From Tubiluchus corallicola (taxonomy: Eukaryota; Animalia; Priapulida), in contig JAQGDQ010000081.1 in NCBI GenBank assembly GCA_030141605.1, forward strand, positions 248,001 through 312,000: DNA of 64,000 nt. Reading direction: 5' to 3'. Under the pieces are notes generated by a model. It was not told the DNA's origin. It was given only the letters and a program-made list of their open reading frames with translations, and did not search any database. Of this stretch, positions 1 through 14,230 are shown piece by piece (within the stretch, counting starts at the first letter, position 1; each line of letters opens with the position of its first letter). The translations under genes were made by a program, and so were the position numbers.

Positions 1-3000
1 AGATGGTGTGTCGATATTTCTTGGAATGTTAGTGACTCGACGAAAAGCTAGTGCAAATGACATCATTATCTTCTGAACCTAGAACAAAACTCAGAATTTC
101 AATAGTTGCGTGGTAATGAGGAGTTATGAATGCCTAACAAATACCAGACAATGTCAAGATTGTAAGCACAATTGTAAATGCATCATGAGTTGCTGCAAAA
201 TAAAAAACAACCAAATACAGTTTATAATGTTAGAAATGCACAATGAATGGTTTGTACAGTTTGCAAAATTCCATCTCATTAAACACTTTACTTTTCTACC
301 AGGTTCAAAGTTAGTTTCAAACGCTTGTTTTCATATAGAAAAACAGTATCTTGTAAAGTGCGAACATTTCCATGATTATTTTGAAATAAATGGTTAATGC
401 AGAAAACATTTACTGTTAGCTGATATACTGCACAATAACAACTAATGGTTTTGAAGCAAAACATGTTAAAACAGTTACCATTTCCATATCAGTACAGCTG
501 AAGACATGGCACTGGAAAATAGCAGTATCAATGCTGTCACCGTGAGAACAAGTAAATGCAAAGCATCGAGCTTCAGGTGAGTCTGTCCTTCCTCGTGCAC
601 AGAATAAGATGCGGTGAATTTTAAATGATGCTATTTCGTGATTGCTGGGAGGCTCAAACAATCTACAAGATAAGGTGCTGCTGTTTACTTGTTGTCAAAT
701 TAGTGAAATACATTATAAAATACCTTTATTGCTTATGAATGTGAATAATAGCAAAAAAGTCAATTGTTAAAACAAGGTTGTAGGAATGCAGATATCATTT
801 AAGGAATGAAAGCTATTATCATTACATTACTATGATTGTAATTTTAAATGCTGTGAATTGTTAGTACATTAGCAGTATTACAAATCCTATGAGAATTCGG
901 AGTGAAATACCAAAAACGAAAGTTATTAAATTTAGCTTCTTACCTTACAGTTCCCTCTGACGTGTTTGGTATCTGTAGGGTAATATCCATGGCAAGTTTC
1001 GACTCTTTATTGAGTATATCAATGTTTCGCATTACTTCACGTTCACTCTTGGGCGCATTGACTGTGGCGCAACCCAAATATGTCACGTGAGTAAAAGTGC
1101 TGCAAGAACCTGGAGAGGTCGGTGATTCTGGTGCTGCTGGGGTTGACCCTAAATATATTTTAATTATACTGAGTATAGCATAACTGAATATATAAGTAAC
1201 AATTTTAAAGGTTAATGATCTTAATTTCAAGATTATTATTAGTTATGGAATATACCCACAATTGTTGAATTTATGTAAGCACAGTATAAATTAAAAATTG
1301 GAACAAATTGTGGAAACCTAGACTTTTAAACAATCAAATAACATACAAAGTTAACAGCCAAATTATTATACCTGTTGTGTTCTCGAGTGTTGACCCATCA
1401 GTACTTAGAACTTGCATTTGTGACTCTGGACTGTCCCCTGGTTTAGGCAAAGATAAATTTTTTTCCGATTCACAGCCATAGAATGTGCTGCCACCTATTG
1501 TTCTAGAAGTTTCAATTATGCTCATGGGTAATTGCTGTAACACTTTTGCTGGTGATCCAGTGCACACCTCCTTTGGCTTGTTTATTCCTACGATGAGTTA
1601 TGAAATTTGAAATTACTTGGATATAAAAAAGGAATAATATAAATTTCCTGAAGCAAGTGGTTTAAAGACCCATCTCTTATTAAAATGGAGCAGGTTCAAT
1701 TCCGCAATGCATCCTCCAACACAAGTCACAGTATAAAAAGAAAGCAATAATTATCTCGGACAATTTTACTTATTTGAATTAATCAATGCTACAGTGTTAA
1801 AAACATGTTAGCATCTTTGCCGATTTTATGCTAAAGAATGAAAAAAATTCCTTAAAATCCGGTGCACTGCAGTTTATATTATTATACAAGAAAATTAGCA
1901 ATACAGCAAACCAAATTAATAATAACCTTTAAAAGCTTATCACTAACTCACTCACTGACAAGCTTTTGTATGTTGCAAATGTTTGCTTCATTAATAACTT
2001 CAAGCAGAATTCAGACAAAAGTTTATTTTTGGGAAACAAATAGCCTTACATCAGATATATTCAGATTTTCAGAGCAATCTTTTTGTAACAAAAAACAAAA
2101 AAGAATTTTGCTTTTAAAAAGTACAATAAGCAGCAGCCAGCAGGGCTGTTGCTTATGATACATTACCATTATATCATGTATTATTTCCAACACAAACATA
2201 AAGTTTGATAAGGGTGAAGTTTTACACATGGTAACTAGTGGTCAAGTTATATGGTGAAGCAAGATTCGAAAAATAAACCCCAGGTGCAAATCTGCTGGTC
2301 AAGACCTTAAAATGTCATAAAATGTAACACAAGTAATACCATGAAACCTGGTTATACCCCCCTCCCCCAGTTATACTGCCAAACTTGTTTACCGCCTGCA
2401 AAATGGCCTAGAATGAAACGTTTCTCTGTTTAGCTTTCTGAAAATTCTAGTTAAGTGAGTGTTGGTCTCTTGGACCTACAAACAATTTATATATGAGTAT
2501 CTGAGAGATGAAAGAATCATGCAGTTATGTGTTTTATATGTTATGCATCTGACTGCAGATTTTTTCACTAAATGATGATACGTGCTGTATTGTTCTCTTC
2601 CCTGCAAAATGTTGTGCACCCAAAACCTCCGTCTAATAGTACAGTAATAAGAAAATGGTGTAGCTGTAATTTTCACACTTAAATCTCGACACAGATACGG
2701 TTTAATTTATTTCCAAAAATTATTGCTTGCAATTTCCATGCATAGTGACCAAAAACGGTGGAAAAAGTGGCGTGAGCTTTGTTAATATGCATTGTGTTTA
2801 TGGACACATAGAAACAGTCAATACGCATCACTCATTATGCATTACATGTACACAGAGTTGTAGCTTTAGAGTAAAATTGAGAACTCTAATCTGTGTACAC
2901 TCATCTGACTGTTCTGTGATTTGTCTGTAGCAAAATTTAACATGTCTTGTTTTAATGGCAAACTCTCTATAACACCAACTTTTTTCCCCATCCCAAAATG

Positions 3001-4289
3001 AGCGGTATAAAGAGGTTTGACTGCATGTCAGAAAAATACAACTACTGCAGAATTCTAAAATTCCGCATCTGGCATTAAATTAATGGTCCCCAGAAACACA
3101 ACTAATACTAGTTCAATTCCATATAGAAAAAATACAAACCCAGAGAATCAATAAACTTTTTATCACCATCAGCAGAATTTGATTCAGGTGGTTTATTTGC
3201 AACTTCAGGTTCGGCATTCACTTCTTCAGTAGACATATTGCTTGATGAAAGTAGAACTTCTTGCATTGTTAATTCAAGATCAGCAGCATTTCCTGCAAAT
3301 AAGCCAGTAGGCTTTAAAAATGCACGAAATTTACCCATTTCTAAGTACTGCCACCCTGGCGCTGATCACGCAGACAAAGATTCATTAGTTATTACTGCAC
3401 GCAACCCAAAATGAACCACTGTATGTAAATTATTCCATAATTCCTTCAAACAAACTTCGTTAAAATTATAAGTTGCTGACAAGGTTAAATTTGTGTTGTG
3501 ATTCACTTTTTATGTAGACAGTTAAAAGCTTTTTTCAAAAATTGACAAAAACAGGCACTTCTAAACTGTTTTATTCATCATCATCATCATCATCACCATC
3601 ATCGTCGTCATCATTGTCATCGTCATCATCACCATCATTATCATTTTACATCTGCTTTTTCCACCTGTAATAAGTTTGGATGGAGATAGCTCTTTGACAC
3701 AGCATTTTGTCTTGTGCTATATCTTCACCTTAATTCCAATCAACCTCATATATACTCTTGCTCATACCATCTCCACGACTTCTGAATCCCTATCATCTTC
3801 CCTAGCATCCTCTTCTGCTCCCACTACAAGACCAAAACCACCTCAATTTTCTCTGCATAAGCTATCATTCCTGCATAACATCGCCTTGCAACATCTTTGC
3901 TACAAATCCCCTCATACTCTATAGCTAAGGGAATTTTGTCTGCAGTAAATATCTCCTTCTCGATTGTTCTTTAGTTTTTTCCTTGTTGCTTCGCATCCTA
4001 TATTCTTATAATAGTCGTTCAATAAACACACATATATATTACAGCAGTTTAAAATCAGTACTATCTAAAAACTTCATCAGCATGTATGTCATTTCTGTAA
4101 GCTTTACTGCCAATAAAATGTAAATTAACACACCAGCAACCAAACTAACTTAAGTTTGCAATCAAAAACTTGATAATTAGAAAAAGTCAATTGTATCTTA
4201 CCATTATTGCAAATTTTGAGTCTGGGTTCACCATTCACAAGCACATATTCATCAGAATCTAAAGAACTATGGCTAGCAGCATCCTCCAT
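1..4289 (-). CDS. RABGAP1: Rab GTPase-activating protein 1 (GAPCenA/RABGAP1-like), 5' part with PTB/PID domain; continues beyond the left edge
   Basis: Exons built from GT-AG sites with consistent phases: 4289-4202 (MEDAASHSSLDSDEYVLVNGE...), 3292-3167 (GNAADLELTMQEVLL...), 1587-1372, 1148-944 (FTHVTYLGCATVNAPKSEREV...), 662-479 (FKIHRILFCARG...CFAFTCSHG...FQCHVFSC), 78-1 (VQKIMMSFALAFRR). These motifs match the RABGAP1 N-terminus and PTB domain. Exons 2-3 are less certain. Confidence 0.88.
1650..1720 (+). mobile_element. Degenerate tRNA-derived SINE head
   Basis: A-box-like AGCAAGTGG and B-box GGTTCAATTCC at Pol III spacing; no cloverleaf. Confidence 0.35.
2476..2910 (-). mobile_element. 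PIF/Harbinger transposon remnant in a RABGAP1 intron
   Basis: ORF 2476-2676 contains RRRFWVHNILQGREQYSTYHHLV, resembling the N-terminal motif of Harbinger transposases. A GTGTACAC terminal-like motif lies near 2895. Confidence 0.5.
2940..3025. mobile_element. End of a Tc1/mariner(Tigger)-type MITE
   Basis: ...GAGGTTTGACTG at ~3012-3023 is the reverse complement of a CAGTCAAACCTC-type TIR, with an internal inverted AAACTCTCTATAAC motif. Confidence 0.35.
3573..3645. repeat. (CAT/CGT)n microsatellite
   Basis: Visible imperfect trinucleotide run. Confidence 0.9.
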
Positions 4290-5850
4290 AGAGAAGTGAA
4301 ACTACTTGGCACAATCTCTAACTGAAATAATAATGACAGTTCTATATAAGCTGTATAAGATATTAGCAAATTAGCAATAACTAGATGCTTGATGATTAAA
4401 CGTTAAGTGATTAAAGTCAATAATTGCAAATAGAATTTCTGCTGCAAACTATTATCATCTGGTTTGGGAACAGTGTTGTTTTGTTTTAAAGTTTCATTTA
4501 AAGTTGCCACCTCGTTTTGAGCCGAAATCAGGAGTCACGAGCCAGCTAGGAGGTCGGGGCCCAGGAGACGCTTTATGACGCTTTTTTCAGAAACTAAAAT
4601 CAAGAAACTAAACCATTAAGTAGTACCATTTTTTTGGTTTTAGACTCTGTAAAAGCCTTAAACCTAAAACTTACAAAAAGTGCAAGCAGTGTAAGTCAGT
4701 TTTTGGAGTTCCTTCTTTACCCCAATTTATTTATTAAGTTTTTGAGATTTCTATAGGCAGTTTAAATGTTGTGTGAATTAAAGTTAAACCGGAATAATGT
4801 TTGCACTGGAGCACTTGCTGCTGCAGCAAAAGTTGGCGAAAAGTGCAGATGGCATTAAATGAGGCCATGTAATCCATTAAACTTAATTTAAAAAGTTTAC
4901 TATTTTACTTAAGAGAGATTCCGTTGTTTCTACCTTAGCTCTTAATGTTTCAATGGAATGCAAGACGTGTTTCCATTTTTTCCACTTAAACTTCAATGCA
5001 TTGGTTGAAATCAGGGTTCAGAATTTTTTAAAATCCGACTGAAGTACGGATGTATGGATGAATTTCAAGGAGGATCTGGGTCAATCAATTGCGTTAGAGT
5101 TAGATAAACAACTTCACAGTATCAGAGTCTAGGTGGGTTGATTCTGCTTAGCAGTCAATCAATCAATTAGTATTACTAAAAAAATCTCCTATTAGAAGTG
5201 TGGTTTATAATTTCCTTTACAAGATATGGTGTTTTCCATAGTGAATAGTGTAGGACCAAAGGCTTAAAATAATGCAAATGATCAGAAGACTTTGCACAAA
5301 GAAATTGCTGGGTTGCTTGGCACAAAAGATATAAACTGTCGAAGAGAGCATTGAAAACGATGGCAGCAAACAGAGAAGAGGAAATATGCAGAAAAACTGT
5401 TATGCGAAACAAGAAATTCAGAGCACAAAAACTCAGCCACGATTGCCACGCTGCCATATCTGCTTCTGGTGCTTCTTCCATTAATACACATAGCCTAACT
5501 TTCAGAGTTAGTATGATCATAATAGACATTCGTGATGATTTAAGGACACGATCAGAATGTTTCCATCATGGTTTCCGATCTTTTAATCATTTTAAGAAAA
5601 TTTCCCACAGTCCCTTTCCTACAATATAGGCTTTTTATAGTGTCATTATAAATTAAAAGGTTGTAGTTATAGGCCTATCCAAACAAAGTGAGAGTGCAAC
5701 TTAGGTTTAACAACAGTAAAATTAATTTCCTTCAATAATCCCCACAACAAAATTATTAGTTTAATCAGATAAATGTAACCAGCCAACAAATCGTTGATTA
5801 CAAAAATTTGTGAATACTCGCTACAACAAGTACAATGCAATTTTGCCTTA

Positions 5851-6085
5851 CCTTAATTAGGTCTACCATAAAAAACCTCAAAATACCACGGCTTCGAAAA
5901 AAACCATAATGTTTTTCTGAGAAATTCTGACATGCGCATCTGAGACTTTCCACCACTGGCTTTGTGCTGCCATCTTCCGCCAAAATAAATAGTTTGGCTT
6001 TGGAAGAAGTCTAAAGCATCTACAGGTCTACACAGTGTAATTGCGTAGCATGACATTATTGTTCGCGATCGCATGAGATGCCGTG
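5851..6085 (-). promoter_or_regulatory. Putative RABGAP1 promoter and non-coding first exon
   Basis: CpG-enriched patch with NRF1-like CATGCGCAT (5931) and YY1/ETS-like GGAAGATGGC on the minus strand (~5968-5979). Minus-strand donor AAG|gtaagg at ~5851, with an acceptor tttcag at 4322 just upstream of the ATG. Confidence 0.55.
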
Positions 6086-6569
6086 TAAATCAAGAGCTAA
6101 AGGCAAATTTAACCTTAATAATAATGTGCATATGCTAATCGTATGTTTGCCTGTTTGTCTTGATAATGTTTAACACTCACGCTAAGGGGTGTCCGCTGGA
6201 ATCTGCAATTTTAGATCAAATAACTATGTGCAGAACAAACAAGAAATTGTGGCTTGGTAGCATTAGTATATTCAATAATCATTTAGACGATTTAAGAATG
6301 ATTATCTGACAATTCCATAGCGTTTTCGTAGATAGAACAAATTATTGGTAGTTATTCAAATTTATACTACAGTGAATGGCATCTGCTATTTTAGTATTTA
6401 ATAACTATAGCAATAATAGCTTCTATTTTGGTGTAAATGAGGAGATAAATAAAATGTCTATGTATATGTCTATATGCTCCGACTGTTTGTACGTGTGTCT
6501 TGAAAGTAGCCTGAAATAGACAGCGTGAAATATGAACATAACGTCTCATAAAAAAAAGAAAATTTGAGA

Positions 6570-6660
6570 AGCCATCTATTCACTGGCCATGCAACCTCGG
6601 TATTGCTTAACTTCAGTCCCTATAAGCGCAGTGGGTGACCACTTTGGCTATTCCCATTGT
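6570..6660 (-). mobile_element. Chimeric tRNA/5S-rRNA-derived SINE head (degenerate)
   Basis: Minus strand reads ATAGCCAAAGTGG (A-box-like)...CTGAAGTTAAGCAATACCGAGGTTGCATGGCCAGTGAATAGATGG, resembling the 5S internal control region GAAGCTAAGCAGGGTCGGGCCTGGTTAGTACTTGGATGG. Confidence 0.45.
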
Positions 6661-9127
6661 CCTACATAATATCCCCTTGACCAATGAATGAAATGAAAAT
6701 TATATTTAAAGTCAAATTATAAAATACAACATAAGCTCATTAGATCGACTTTGACAAAAAAATTATTTATAGATAAAATTACAAGCACATGTATTCATTA
6801 AAATATACAGAATAATATACTAAATTGCAGATTTATTATGAGCAAACCATTTTACGTACATTTCGGTTAAAATGTGCAGCCAGGTTAAAACAAGTTGGCA
6901 TTTTATATAAAATGCTGAAAAATATAAAACACTATAACGTTGCATATAGAACAGTAAGTTTAGCTAGAATTTTAGTTTTTATATAAAGATATTTTTTATT
7001 TGTTTTTAAAGCCTGAAGTGAACAGTCTGAAGAAAAACTGATTTGTACCCTTCGAAAATTACAAAGTATGTACAGAGCTAAATGGACAATAAAGCATTAC
7101 AGGAATTACATTAGCATTACACTCTGTAAGCTCACTAGTTTCTAATTAATTTAACTGCTAAAATACTGAATATTGACTAATATTAGTATAGTGCCAGTGC
7201 CAGAGTAACGTTTCAGCTTTCCGAATTTAAGTTTTAAAATCGGTTGAGAAATTCGAGCATTGTTTTACAAGAAAATGAAATTAAAATTAATATTTATTGG
7301 GAAGTTCATTGCGTATACTGGCAGATTCAAAACTAAATGACTAAATTCAGACCATATTTATATCTCTAGGTTTTACCAATTTTACAATACGTCTCATTCA
7401 GTATAATATAATTCTTTTCTTTTTTTAACAAGTTTCAGTATATATTTCAGTGAAATATATTTCAATATCTTTTAACTTCATACCTGTTCCGCACCGCAGC
7501 ATAACAATTCACAGTCAATTAACTTTATTCTTTTTATATTAAGAAGCTCTTCGGTTTAGAAGATCACAATAAAATAGAAGTATAATCAATTTTTCGATAA
7601 GCCCGAGTGCACGTTTCTGGATTTTTTTTATATAAATGACTTGTAAAATTAATAATGAATTTGGTGTTTTTACTATAACGAAGCTTTTTATATTCGCTTA
7701 TATTATGCATCCATGGTAGTATCAGTTATCTTTATTACTGACGAAACTCACGCATCAAACTTGGATGAAGGGAAACACCGCAAAACCTGCCGGCAAATCA
7801 ATTATGGCTTTAGTGATACGTACATATTATTATTTTTTAAATAACTATAGCTAGCTGTGATGTATAGACTTTTAAGTAATTTACTACATACCGATATGTG
7901 CGTGCCAATTGTTACATTTTTGCATTGTACATGTAATGGCAGTATAGGCAGCAATAGGACTGACGTTTTATTTTTATTTTTGCGGGTAGAGGAAATTAAC
8001 CTACGTTCAGATCATGCACTTGTTTGATTGTGTCCGCTTAGTACAAATCGTGTCTTGGTGTACTACATTATATGTGTAGTGCAAATACATTTAAAATGAA
8101 ATAAAACGAATAGAAAATAAATTCAAAAAGGATATAGGCTACCAGCTACAGCTACCAAATGAATATATAATAAATTCAAAAAGGATTTAGGATTTCCAAC
8201 TAAAGCTTCGGGGTTAGTTTCATTATACATGTTTTCACCGTTTCATCTTACAATATCATTGTCTTTTGCTCATTATCTCTCATTTTATATAACAGTGTAT
8301 ATTATTAGTTTTTATCACCTCTATTTTTGCGCAGCTATTTTATTGTCGGTGAAGACTAGCACACGCGCTAATGTTTATTTTTCTAAAAACAGACGTAACA
8401 ATTATGCATTACTTAACTTTTAAATTAATTTAACTTTTACCAATTGTCGTTTGTCATTGGATTTTATGTGCGTTAGTACAATTCACACACGCACGCACGC
8501 ACGCACACACACATATATAAGCACTCAGCCAATGACAGCGAAACAATAAAGAAATCAAACTAGTTTGCATCTTGGTTTCCACCACAGAAATAAATCAGTG
8601 ATAAAGATTTACTGTCAAGAAAAAAATATAGATGGACTTGGGTAGCTGAAATTCCCTTAAAATGGGCGAACGCATTACAAGCGTACATAGCCGTTTGTTG
8701 CAGGAGAACTAAAAGCAAAAATTGTTGAGTGCTGACACCAAATATGAGGAACTGTATCAGCTGTTGAAAGAATGCCTACACCCAGTTTGCTTTGAAAATG
8801 GTCTACATTTAGAGATGTGCTGTAAGGTAAGTTTTGACAATAGTGATATACTGAGTTCTTAGCGGTTACTTATCCATTTACGAACCAAGGTTGGTGATGT
8901 TTAGCTTTCGTAGCCAAACAACACTGTAACCACCTATTATCTTCATCAATATTAATCGCGTAATTGCCAACTAATTGTTTTTTATGTATTTAATGCTCTA
9001 ATAAAATCCTCGCTACGTGATACAGCAGCTAAACACAACGAAGTTGGCTTCCTCGATTCACTTAAAGCACAGCCCGGTCCAAACAGTTTGCTAGCGTTTT
9101 GTGAATGTGACGCCGCTGTTTCAAGCG

Positions 9128-9184
9128 ATTGGCTGATTTGCGGGCATCAGTTTCACGCCTTGGTTTTCAGCGGGAGTATAAAAA
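9128..9184 (+). promoter_or_regulatory. Alpha-tubulin core promoter (inverted CCAAT box + TATA box)
   Basis: ATTGG at 9128 and TATAAAAA at 9177, about 150 nt upstream of ATG|gtaagt at 9324. Confidence 0.7.
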
Positions 9185-9323
9185 CAGAAGTAGTTAAATG
9201 CAGCGTACACTTTGTACGAGGTTGTAGACGTGGCTCTATTGATATTCGTGACTTAGTTGTGAAGCGGTACAACGTTCTCAGACTTACCTTGGTAGTCGGT
9301 CTTTAGCTGTTTAAAAGTACAAC

Positions 9324-11787
<2,464 letters not shown>

Positions 11788-11895
11788 ATCCGCATAATAT
11801 CTACATTTCTGAATTACTGTTGTTTACTGCATTTACTGTAACATGACGAATTTTTTTTGCTATGAAACAAAGCCACTAACATACTTACATAATTC

Positions 11896-11920
11896 AATAA
11901 ATTATTATTATTATTTTATT
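11896..11920. terminator. Opposed polyadenylation signals
   Basis: AATAAA on + at 11896-11901 (tubulin) and AATAAA on - at 11920-11915. Confidence 0.55.
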
Positions 11921-13739
11921 TGTTCAGCTGCTTTCGTTTTCTAGTAAGTCACTGTAGTAGTTGTTCAGCTGTGGAACATGACGATGGGGAGGGGAACGAG
12001 TTAAAAACTAGAGGGAAGAGTAAAGGCACTAACTGGAAGGCAAAAATTCCATTCTTTGGCAACTGTAGTTGTCTTAGAGAGAGATTTTATTACACAAAAT
12101 CAGGGAGCCTTTGCTTTGTCTTGAAACAGTTGGGCAACCTAACAGCTTTACAGCTGAGTTTGTTCACCTGGGACACAAATTTCCAGATGCTGCTGCTCTT
12201 TTTAGCTTGTGTGAATTAGTATTTTTCCACTCGCCATGTGTGAAGCGCTAGTATAGATATACTGTAAGGCTGGTTGCGCAGCTTTTCAAAACGTGACACT
12301 TTTTTTGAGTTTGCAAGTAAAAAAGAATAGGGTGAATCCTGAGGTACTGTAGCCCTGTTGCATACTTTAGGAACTAATCTTACATTTAAGAATGTGTGAC
12401 ATTTTAACTGCTTTTTTATTTCAGTAGCTGATACTCTAAGGAGCACAAAGCAAAACAAAGTTAAAATTTAACAAACTGTATTGTATTATACTGTATATAA
12501 AGATCACTTTGCATCCCAACTCCAGATTGATATTTACATTTATACATACGATGCCATTCACAGTAATGGAAGGGAGTACTTATGGTGTAAGTAATAACAA
12601 TTTTTAAATAATCAAAGGGTTAAATATCAATTAAATTAGTGTGTACAATTAAATTAGTAAGTGTCATTTTGAGCAACTGGGTTTAGTATTTACAAAAAAT
12701 GTATAGTACTTGCACTCAGAATTAGCATTAACGATATCATTAGCAAAACTAGTATGACTAAGTCGGCCTAACAAAAATTGAGTGTTATGCCATACTGTAC
12801 TCAGTTTCATTAAAATGCACAGCAAAATTGTCATGTATGATATATGAAAATAATTTTGATATATAGTTTTTAATATTCCACAATTCAGTGTGACTCTGGT
12901 CCAGTTGTTTTTACAAAGTTTTTGTTCTGCAGCTAACTTTAATGTTTAAAGAAACACATTGCAAAAATTTTACAAGGAATTTTTCATTTCTATTTCATTT
13001 GAATACATGATGCTATTATTCTATTACACCATATACAATGCTGGAGGAGTGATGTGATGCTATGAGAGCCTGTAGCATAGAAAAGTACAGCTGTTTTTTG
13101 CCATGCGAGAATTTCAGCTTACTGTACTTAAAACAAGCAGCTAGACACAACACTAGTAAGCATTTCCTTTCAGATTTCGCGCGCAACGGAAGTTCACAGT
13201 GTGAGCAGGTAACGTGTCCAACCATTTCATACGGGTTGCTAACGTGTTGCAAGATTACAGTTGATTAAATAACTATGGAAGTTTTTGCTGAATCAATCAA
13301 AGTGGTTTATTTATGATATTGCAGCAATGATCAGGCTGAAATAACAACAACAAAATAATTACATATAATACTGCCATACCGCATACAGCGTAAGTACAAA
13401 TATAAATGTTTCGAATTATACTAATTTAAGAATTGTTCCTTTAATCACAAAAGTATAACTGCAAATAATATACCGTTCTCAATGTTAAACATCTGCTTGA
13501 CACTACATGGAGTTCTTACTGTTAAATGTGTTAAAAATTGCCTCCTGGCAAACAGCAATACGGGTGCTCTTCATAAGCTGAAATCTTCGAGATCCTCTAC
13601 TGATCAGGACTATAAAACCCAGAAAATCCGAAAATATGAATATGTGACCATCAGAACATTTAGCATTTAAAAAAAATCAATACAATTAAGTTCCAAGTAA
13701 CAGGATGCTATAAGAATGAGCTAGCGGGTGCAATTAAAG

Positions 13740-14000
13740 TAACTGAAGCAGGTTCTAAAGTTATGGGTAGCAAGCACATAGAAAGCGTTTAGTCTAGTGT
13801 TTAAAATCAAAACACAAGGAACACACAGTTTTAAAGGAAGCACATAATTGTTATTTCGCAGTTAAAATTAAACACAAAATCTTTTTCAGTAAGTTCTGAA
13901 ATCTCAAAACATAATAAAAATGTGTATATTACTGAAATGTAAAATGCAAACAAAATGAAGGAGTTTTGGTGCTGTTGAAAAGGCACCAATTTTGAGTGCT
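13740..14000 (+). mobile_element. Decayed copy of the MITE at 43881-44181
   Basis: Shares GTGTTTAAAATCAAAACA, TCTCAAAACATAATAAAAA and ATGCAAACAAAATGAA.GAGTTTTGG..C.GTTGAAAAG.C.CCAATTTTGA blocks in the same order. Confidence 0.7.
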
Positions 14001-14230
14001 TAAATATAAGCAGTGTGCATAACTGCTAGTGGTGTAATACCTTATATAATAACTTAACCATGGCATGTTAGAAAATACCTGCTTTATATGAAAGAATATG
14101 TATTTTCTGAGTGGGAAAAAGAATTGCTACTGTTTACATGCATGCATACACACATACATACATACATATATATTAGGATTCTTACCTGAAACAACTTTTA
14201 TGCGACTAAGTTTGGAAAACCACATGTTAG

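Noticed and set aside
2049-2078. Micro-exon of RABGAP1 (DCSENLNISD|gtaagg)
   Set aside because: Weak acceptor, and its phase is incompatible with the flanking phase-1 exons.
5176-5629. Overlapping ORFs of 69-117 aa
   Set aside because: No recognisable motif; they lie in the presumed RABGAP1 5' intron and are probably TE debris.
7730-7790. Tandem hammerhead-like words (CTGACGA..., GGATGAAGG...CCGCAAAAC)
   Set aside because: Core boxes and stems are too degenerate to support a call.
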